The translations under genes and the position numbers were made by a program. A stretch of 64,000 nt of DNA from the NCBI GenBank assembly GCA_950097015.1, contig CATNEN010000012.1, positions 2,666,001 through 2,730,000 on the forward strand, read 5' to 3'. This document shows positions 56,045-64,000 of the stretch, in pieces. The first letter of the stretch is position 1. Every line of letters starts with the position of its first letter. The notes below the pieces were generated by a model, which saw only the letters and a list, made by a program, of their open reading frames with translations, did no database searches and was not told the origin of the DNA. The stretch comes from Macrostomum hystrix (taxonomy: Eukaryota > Animalia > Platyhelminthes).

Positions 56045-57378
56045 TGAACTCTGTCACTGTGGTAGCTTGAGCTCTGTCACTGTGGTAGCTTAAGCTCTGT
56101 CACTGTGGTAGCTTGAGCGCTGTCACTGCATGGTAGCTTAAGCTCTGTCACTGTGGTAGCTTGAGCTCTGTCACTGTGATAGCTTGAGCTCTGTCACTGT
56201 GGTAGCTTGAGCTCTGTCACTGTGATAGCTTGAGCTCTGTCACGGTGGTAGCTTAAGCTCTGTCACTGTGGTAGCTTGAGCTCTGTCACTGTGGTAGCTT
56301 GAGCTCTGTCACTGTGGTAGCTTGAGCGCTGTCACTGCATGGTAGCTTAAGCTCTGTCACTGTGGTAGCCTGAGCTCTGTCACTGTGGTAGCTTGAGCTC
56401 TGTCACTGTGGTAGCTTAAGCTCTGTCACTGTGGTAGCTTGAGCTCTGTCACTGTGGTAGCTTAAGCTCTGTCACTGTGGTAGCTTGAGCTCTGTCACTG
56501 TGGTAGCTTGAGCTCTGTCACTGTGATAGCTTGAGCTCTGTCACTGTGGTAGCTTGAGCTCTGTCACTGTGGTAGCTTGAGCGCTGTCACTGCATGGTAG
56601 CTTAAGCTCTGTCACTGTGGTAGCTTGAGCTCTGTCACTGTGATAGCTTGAGCTCTGTCACTGTGATAGCTTGAGCTCTGTCACTGTGGTAGCTTGAGCT
56701 CTGTCACTGCATGGTAGCTTAAGCTCTGTCACTGTGATAGCTTGAGCTCTGTCACTGTGGTAGCTTGAGCGCTGTCACTGCATGGTAGCTTAAGCTCTGT
56801 CACTGTGGTAGCTTGAGCTCTGTCACTGTGGTAGCTTGAGCGCTGTCACTGCATGGTAGCTTAAGCTCTGTCACTGTGGTAGCTTGAGCTCTGTCACTGT
56901 GATAGCTTGAGCTCTGTCACTGTGGTAGCTTGAGCTCTGTCACTGCATGGTAGCTTAAGCTCTGTCACTGTGATAGCTTGAGCTCTGTCACTGTGGTAGC
57001 TTGAGCGCTGTCACTGCATGGTAGCTTAAGCTCTGTCACTGTGGTAGCTTGAGCTCTGTCACTGTGGTAGCTTGAGCGCTGTCACTGCATGGTAGCTTAA
57101 GCTCTGTCACTGTGGTAGCTTGAGCTCTGTCACTGTGATAGCTTGAGCTCTGTCACTGTGGTAGCTTGAGCTCTGTCACTGTGGTAGCTTGAGCTCTGTC
57201 ACTGTGGTAGCTTGAGCTCTGTCACTGTGGTAGCTTGAGCTCTGTCACTGTGGTAGCTTGAGCTCTGTCACTGTGGTAGCTTGAGCTCTGTCACGGTGGT
57301 AGCTTGAGCTCTGTCACTGTGGTAGCTTGAGCTCTGTCACGGTGGTAGCTTGAGCTCTGTCACGGTGGTAGCTTGAAC
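56045..57378. repeat. 23-bp minisatellite (TGTCACTGTGGTAGCTTGAGCTC)
   Basis: More than 50 copies, with recurring variant units. Confidence 0.97.
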
Positions 57379-58275
57379 TGTCTGTTTTTTTCTCAATGGC
57401 TGGCTTTGATAACTGCTTGCTTGTGCATTAATTTGCACTAAAAGGGTGCTAAAAGGTCCTCCATTAACAATTGCTTTTGGTGCAAGCTCTAACGAGTTAA
57501 ATCTGATCACGCTAATTCAACCCACCTGTCAGTTTTTGGCCTCTATAGGCATAAGCAAAATGTTTTATTACTCTTACTCGGCTCCCCACGCGTACCTGTC
57601 TATTTACACAGGTGCCCAAACGTTGCAGTACTTTTTGTACCTAAATACATCACATACACATGCAGCAGCTGATCAAGCACTCTGTTACGGATTTGGCAAT
57701 CATTCGCGTGGGCTGGCTAAGAGATGAGCAAAACTAATTGGCAGGCTAAACATATAGCCAGCATGTGAGTAACTGAGGGCACAAGAGGTTGGCCAATTTT
57801 GGCATCGTTTTATGGCAGCGCGGATCGGATTATGACCTATTTTGTGAGCTACTGGGCTAGACATGCAAGAATTGTGGCGTTTGTCCCGCTTATTGAAATG
57901 ACTACAATTCTCCATGTTATTGATTGCGAATTCGAAGCCAATCACCAACAAAAAGACTTTAGACTGTTCAACGATCAGCTTCGGAACGCTACCAATAAGC
58001 ATGGTTGCGCAATTCCATTTTATGGCCACCAGGCAACCACGTTTTTGATACAAAAAACTGCAGAACGAAAGTTCATGCAACTAAAAACTTACAGCAAATT
58101 AATATTTAACAAGCAAAAAAGGGAATTGTAGATATCTAAAACACAACTTTGTCCTGAAAGGAAACACAGACTTAATTATTTCGTCGAAAAAATAGCGAAA
58201 TTTTGTTTAATATACCGAAACCTTGTAGCACCAACTTAGGAAACCAAGAAAATATATATTCGGCCAGATAATTTA

Positions 58276-58306
58276 TACGAAGGGTGTCCAAAAATATTGG
58301 CAATTT
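58276..58306. mobile_element. Mariner-type TIR with TA target
   Basis: TA|CGAAGGGTGTCCAAAAATATTGGCAA resembles typical mariner termini (TA-CGAGGG..). No matching partner found in the window. Confidence 0.5.
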
Positions 58307-58574
58307 TCAACGTAAATCAGATTTCAATCGGATTCAGACACATTAAATTCCTAAACGTTTTATGAAAGCGGATTTATGTATCTCTGTGTGACGTTGTCAT
58401 CTTCTGCAGGAGGCGCTACGAAATTAAAATTAATGCGTCCATGAGTTAGGCCGTTTTAACGAATGTAATTACGCTTTCACAACTTTTGAAATTCCGTATA
58501 TTTCTTAAACCGCTACTGTAAGTAGACGTCAACGTACATTTAAACCCCTTGCGCCACCCGTAATTATGATTTTT

Positions 58575-58700
58575 CTCTCAGCCAATAGCGCGCGTCCACG
58601 CTCATATGCAAAGGTCACCTGCCTGTTCATTTTCTAGCCAATCCCGCGCTGCGGCATAAATTATGTTAAAATTTGTGCCAGCCTATTTATAACAGCTCCC
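58575..58700 (+). promoter_or_regulatory. Pol II promoter-like cluster
   Basis: CCAAT at 58582 and 58638, an octamer-like ATGCAAA at ~58606 and TATTTATAA at 58684, followed by a pyrimidine-rich leader-like stretch. Confidence 0.35.
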
Positions 58701-59354
58701 CGCCCCAGCGCGCTCCACCACTGCTCTCCACGGCTCTCCACTGTTCTGTGTGTCACTTCTCTGCCCCGATCTCCCCTGTTGCTCCCTGCCAGTCTACTCT
58801 GTGAGTCACTTCAGTTCATTCGCCTAAATCTGACTGACTATCTGTTGACTGGTCATTACTACACTCGGTTCACTTGCCATTCTACTCTCTGTTTGCCTGC
58901 CATCATTGCCATCTGTTCACCTGCCATTGCTGCCATCTGTTCACCTGCCTTTGCCACTGCCGTTAATTTCACTAGTCACGCCCCCATCTGTGTTGCAACC
59001 CGATCGTGTTCGCCGTGTTAAAATACATATCGTCATCACTAGAAAACAAATCCATTGTAAAATGAGAGTACTACCGCTACACCACTTTGTTGAATCGAGT
59101 CAATCAATTTGCCATAGTATATCCGGCACCGCCGGAAATATTCGTCGCATCTGTAATAATTTTTTAATTTTGCTATTGTCTTCTGGCGTTCAAAAGTTAT
59201 GAACAATTTAGTGCAGTTCCCCAGGCTACAACTTACAGAAACTTTAACAAGTAGTCACTAAGTCGAAACATGACAACAAACTATCAGTCGTAATCCCATT
59301 GAAGTTCATCTTAACGTCAACTCAAATGTCCTTTTCGTTAGGGATGGAGACCTT

Positions 59355-60330
59355 CTACACGTAGTCGCCTTTGCAGCTGATGCACTTCTCCCAGCGAGTG
59401 CGCAACGAATCAATTGCATGAGCGTATTGCTCCTTGGGAATAGCAAAAACAAGGATGCGCCGAACCTCTTCTTCAAGACAGTGATGACGATTCGCGTAGA
59501 CTTTGCCTCGAAGCAGCTCCTTCAGTCTAGGAAAAAGACAAAAGTCTGCTGGCGCCAAGTCAGGGGAGTAGGGTGGGTGAGGCAGGAGTTCAAACTTCAT
59601 GCCCTGAATTGCCTCCACTGTCTTTGAAGCCGTGTGCGGTCGGGCATTGTCGTGGTGGAGAACTGAGGGCTTTGATTCCAGTGCGCCGTTTATTGTGGAT
59701 GTCAGCCTCGAGCTTCTTCAGAGACAAGATGTAGCGCTCCGCATTGACAGTTGTGTTTGGCTCTAGGAAATCGATTGCCAAGGGGCCGTGACAATCGAAA
59801 AAATCAGCAACATCAGCTTGTGGCAATGAGCCTCTCGACGAGCCTTGATTGGAGGGTCAGAGGGTCTGGGCCCTTTACTGCCCAGACTTTTGACTCTTCT
59901 TTTGTTGGGGGGGGTCGAAGTGAGGCAGCCAGGTTTCATCACCCGTTACAATGAGCTGTCGAAAGGCCTTCCATCCACCTCGATCTTCAACAAGCCTCAA
60001 CAAGAGCTCGTATCCAAGTTGCTCTTCTATGTTTTGTCGCTGTGCTTTCATCTCCGGGGTGAGAAGCCTGGGAACCCACCTGGCACTGAGCTTACCGAGA
60101 TTCATGCTGCAGATGCAATGATGAACTGTGGACTTGGGCGTATCCAGTCGGTCCGCAATTTCCCTGATGATAAGGCGAGCATCTTCTTCAAGCAGATCCA
60201 AAATGCGATTGTTAAGAGTCTTGGATGCGTTAGTCTTGCTTTTTCTTACTGCATGTTGTCCATGGATGCGCTTCAGGTTGCTAACAATCTCGGACCCATT
60301 GCTCCTGCAGTTATAATGAGGGGAAGATTG
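59355..60330 (-). pseudogene. Decayed mariner (D,D34D) transposase
   Basis: Frameshifted pieces carry KLSARWVPRLL, IVTGDETW, LHHDNARPH, PHPPYSPDLAPADF (34 residues between the second and third D) and WEKCISCKGDYV. The N-terminal HTH is partly deleted. Confidence 0.92.
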
Positions 60331-61741
60331 CTAAGGTCACCAGTAACTAGTCTAGCAAAGGATTCGCAAAAAGTGTGGGTCCGAAGTGACTCTCAAAAAG
60401 ACGCACTGTATCGAACTTCGCCCTACTCCGACACAACAGTCACCGTAAAATTGGATAATGGAGCCGAACAAATGTGTCACAAGGAGCAACTGAAGGAGAA
60501 TGCCGAACCATTAGCCTCCCCCCAAAAGAGCCATCTGAGGAGAACGATGTCATCACAGAGAGTGGAATGCCAATAGAGCACTCAGCAGAATCTGCTCAGC
60601 ATGGAATCTCGGCAGCCACTGATGCCATTCCCAGAACTCTGCCTGGTTGCATCATCGAACGACCCAAGAGTAACTGCAGACCACGAGACAGACTGAATTT
60701 CAGGGAACTTCAGATATGAGTTTTCGTTTATGGCTAACCCAGCCATGTGCGGGACAGGCATAGAGTCCCCGCTCAAATGTTTAAGAAAATAATAGACAAG
60801 CAAATAAGAGCACAAAATATGAATATGCTAAACTTGTTGTGTTGACCATAAACGCTAACGAAGGACTCTCCTTCGTTATTTCTGCTCTGCACTGATCCAA
60901 CAGTGCTGTCCCTCTTACGAGTGTGTAGGAACTGAGAAATGCGACTGTTTGTAGTCGATAGCCGAAAATACACAAGAGCGATTTCAAATGCGATTCGGTA
61001 TATTTTATAACAGCTGAGTTGAGCTGGGGTGGCGGCTAAAGCCGCACCCCGTACATCAGTAAACGTGCGTGCCAAGGGGGGTAGGGAGGTGGCAGAGAGA
61101 AAGACGCAGAACGCCGCCAACCCCATGCTCGCGTGACGGCTGGCGCCGCCTACAGAGTGGATATCCGACATGTTTGCACAATCTTCTGGTGCTTCAAATT
61201 CGCAAGTTGACAAATGTCTGGCTGATCTGGCATGCATCTAAAGCTTGAGACTGAGGGGTATTGATAATTGCTTGCATGAGCAATAGTTCTCATTTTTAGC
61301 ACATAGACATGCTCAAGCATTTCTGTAGACATCATCGCGTAAACTTGATGCAGAAAAAGTACAACGCAGAACTTTCTTCATTGAAAGCCTTCAAAATGTC
61401 ATTTTCTGTAAGTCGTATCCTGGGGAACTGTAATAAATGGTTCATAAATTTTAAATGACTCTAGGCATTGGCAAAATAAAAACTATTGCATAGATGGATA
61501 AATCCGCATTCACAAAAAGTTAACTATATTAATTTACCTTGAATTAATCTGAAAACGAATACTTTTTTGTTGAGTTTAAGTGTCCAATCGGCGCTCGCTG
61601 ATTGGGTGTAAACACCCACCCCAGGCACCCACCCCAGGCACCCACCCCTCCGCTTTTAGCTGGGTTGTATTTCAGCCGGCACCCCCGTGCTGCCCAGCCT
61701 TGTCTCTTCGCGCTGCGTGGTGTGAAATTTTTTCTACTGCA

Positions 61742-62818
61742 ATGGCTGAGCTTCCAATTGACCGGCTTACGGCTCGCCAGTTAAGAGACCGCCTGATTCA
61801 ACTTGGCCTGCCTAGCAGCGGTCGCAAGCGTGAACTGCAAGTCAGACTGGAACAATCCAGTTTAGTCAGCCGAACCACACGCCGCGTGCAGCAAAGGTCA
61901 ACCGCTTCGGCCCAAGTCGAGGACGACGGCAGCACCTGCAGCGAAGAGGACGGCGAGGCGAACCCGGACCAGGCGAGTGATCTGGGAGGCGGCGACGACC
62001 TGGACCAGAGGATCGCCAGACAAGAGAAGCTGCTCCGCCTGAGAACGCTTCAGCGCCAAACAGCGGAGATTGAAGCCGAGCTTGGAAAGGACGGCCAGCG
62101 CAGACAGAGTGGTAAGTCGACTAGCCCGATGCTGCTTAACCAAACCCTCAGTGCCCACGAGCCGGAGCAGCATCTGCCAGTGCCAGACTGGGAACTCCCC
62201 GGCAGCTACACTAAGCCAGCTGCCACCTCGAGGCCTCTGCTGGTGAGAGACTTCATCGATCGTGACTTCGAGGAGCCTGCGCCCCAATTAGCGAAGACTA
62301 GAGCCCGAACTGAGAACATCACGGCCGGTCAGTGGGTTGCAGGCAGCGGCCGCATCCTGCTGAGACTGCTTGACGACGGTGCCCTAGTCACAATGAGAAA
62401 CGGCACCATGGATTTGAGTGAGCTGAAAGCCTATGTGCGGTACTGCGTACAGTTCGGCGAGTTCATGCATCAGGGCTTCAGCCAGGCCGCCCTCAACGAC
62501 TACGACGAAGACTTCAGGATCCTGCAGCACCAGACCAGCGGCAACTGGGAGCGGGAGTCGTTGCAGCTGCTGTCCAAGCACATTCTGGCACCTAAACCCA
62601 ATCCTGCTGGCAGTTCGACCTATTCGCGGCCTGGCTTCAAGTTCAGCAAAATGAGAAACCAGACAAGCGGCTTGGTCGGCCCAACCGACGCTGAAGGTCG
62701 GGAGCTGTGCGTCAAATTCAACCGAAACAGCTGCCACAGACGCGACTGCAAGTTCAGACACGCGTGCTCTGCCTGCTACGCGGCGCACCCGCGCCAGCTC
62801 TGCACGTCAAAAAACTAG
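61742..62818 (+). CDS. Gag-like ORF1 with an N-terminal SAP domain and a C-terminal Cys/His finger
   Basis: ATG at 61742; SAP motif LTARQLRDRLIQLGLPSSGRKRELQVRL; YDEDFR motif; CVKFNRNSCHRRDCKFRHACSAC. Confidence 0.85.
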   Translation: MAELPIDRLTARQLRDRLIQLGLPSSGRKRELQVRLEQSSLVSRTTRRVQQRSTASAQVEDDGSTCSEEDGEANPDQASDLGGGDDLDQRIARQEKLLRLRTLQRQTAEIEAELGKDGQRRQSGKSTSPMLLNQTLSAHEPEQHLPVPDWELPGSYTKPAATSRPLLVRDFIDRDFEEPAPQLAKTRARTENITAGQWVAGSGRILLRLLDDGALVTMRNGTMDLSELKAYVRYCVQFGEFMHQGFSQAALNDYDEDFRILQHQTSGNWERESLQLLSKHILAPKPNPAGSSTYSRPGFKFSKMRNQTSGLVGPTDAEGRELCVKFNRNSCHRRDCKFRHACSACYAAHPRQLCTSKN

Positions 62819-64000
62819 ATTGCGGCCGGCCGGGGGACTTGACCGACGGCCCAGCTGCACCGGCCGATTCTGACAATGTCGATCACCCGCTCCCCCCTGG
62901 CCGGCCTCAAGCTAAGCCCATCGAGTCCGTTGCCTTCTCTTCTGACCTTATCACCGCCGCCTGGGATGCCGAGCTGCTCGGCGATCCCGATCGTGACTTC
63001 CTGCTGAACGGTGTCCGCAACGGCTTCCGCCTCACCTGCCCCAGCGCCCCTGACAATCAGCCTAATAGCACTTTCTCTCAGAACTACTTCTCCGCTGACA
63101 GTAATCGGCTACTGGTCGAGCAGCAGGTGCGGGAAGAAGTGGCCAACGGCCGTTACGTGAAAGTTAGCAACAAGCCGGACGTCATCAGCGCCCTTGGTGC
63201 CATCCCGAAAGGAAACAACAAGATCCGGCTGATCCACGACTGCTCGCAACCTCCGGACCTCTCGCTGAACAGCCGTTTCTCCTCTGACTACCAGATCAAG
63301 TTTGAGACCGTCAGCCAGTTCACTGCCAAGCTGCAGCCAGGTTGGTTCATGGCGAAGGTCGACTTGGCCAATGCTTACCGCAGTGTCGGAATCAGTCCCC
63401 ACGACTTCCGCTACACTGGTCTACAGTGGAAGTTCAGCGATCAACCGAGCCCGACGTACCTGTGCGACACGCGCCTGCCATTCGGCGCGGCAGCTTCAGT
63501 GGAAGTCTTCCACCGCCTCAGCCAGTCCATCAAGCGCATGATGCAGCGACGCGGCTTCAGCAATATCGGGAGTTACCTCGATGACTTTGCCGTGGCGGCA
63601 GAAACTGAGATCGCCTGCCAGCAAGCTCTGGACACTCTACTTCATCTGCTGCGGCGTCTAGGCTTCTCCATCAACTGGAGCAAAGTAGCTCTGCCGTGCA
63701 CTAGGCTGGTGTACCTGGGCGTCATGATTGACACCAACAGCGGCCTGCTAGAGCTCCCAAAGGACAAGCTCGAGGTCACGAAAGCGCAGCTGCAATCCGC
63801 ACTCTCGCACAAGCGCATCACCAAGCGCCAGCTCCAATCTCTCTGTGGCCGCATCAACTGGGTTTGCCAGGTCGTCCATATCGGGAGGTGTTTCCTGAGG
63901 CCGCTCCTGCTGGAACTCAATAAGTTAAAGCAGCACTGCCACAAACTGCGCATGCACAACGATCTCCGCGAGACCATCCTCTGGTGGGTGGCCTGCCTGG
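62695..64000 (+). CDS. Reverse transcriptase ORF2 (partial), in the -1 frame relative to gag
   Basis: The frame is stop-free from 62695 to the window end and contains the RT YLDD motif at ~63574. Its first in-frame ATG (63349) lies inside the RT domain. Confidence 0.9.

Larger units (their letters stand above)
61580..64000 (+). mobile_element. Ngaro/DIRS-group tyrosine-recombinase retrotransposon, 5' part (runs off the window)
   Basis: A gag-like ORF followed by an overlapping RT frame with Ngaro-like motifs (DFLLNGVRNGF, RLIHDCSQP..SLN, KVDLANAYR, TRLPFG, YLDDF, YLGVMIDT). The 5' boundary is approximate. Confidence 0.88.

Noticed and set aside
57799-58131. 110-aa ORF with a YFVSYW segment faintly like a MULE transposase C-terminus
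   Set aside because: The similarity is too weak to call without a profile search, and no catalytic motifs are visible.
60841-60880. GGACTCTCCTTCGTTA as the partner mariner TIR
   Set aside because: Only a short gapped match to the reverse complement of 58278-58306, and the adjacent sequence does not extend the match.

Overview
Eukaryotic (metazoan) genomic DNA with GC-rich, C-ending-codon exons, many introns filled by private minisatellite arrays and an AT-rich intergenic background. This style suggests a free-living flatworm such as Macrostomum, but that is inference only. I rebuilt the gene models by hand from GT-AG sites and phase matching. The models are: a 27-exon polycystin-1-like gene (minus, 4848-23773, 2927 aa); a 3-exon secreted Cys-rich orphan (995-3031); a single-exon TM/coiled-coil ORF; a 7-exon coiled-coil gene containing a textbook U12-type AT-AC intron; a C2H2 zinc-finger gene; GPKOW; a putative 4-TM protein; and a 3-exon prohormone-like precursor. 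Mobile DNA comprises a Crypton-type tyrosine-recombinase element with one premature stop, a decayed D,D34D mariner, a hAT MITE with an 8-bp TSD, a 36-bp hairpin micro-element with an 8-bp TSD, a long-TIR foldback-like element, an old MITE and the 5' part of an Ngaro/DIRS retrotransposon with a -1 frameshift signal. The most notable observations are the minor-spliceosome intron, the GPS motif that has lost all four canonical cysteines but keeps HL|T, the gag-pol slippery site, the candidate neuropeptide precursor and the Crypton with a recurring CCATRGAC terminal motif. No database searches were run.
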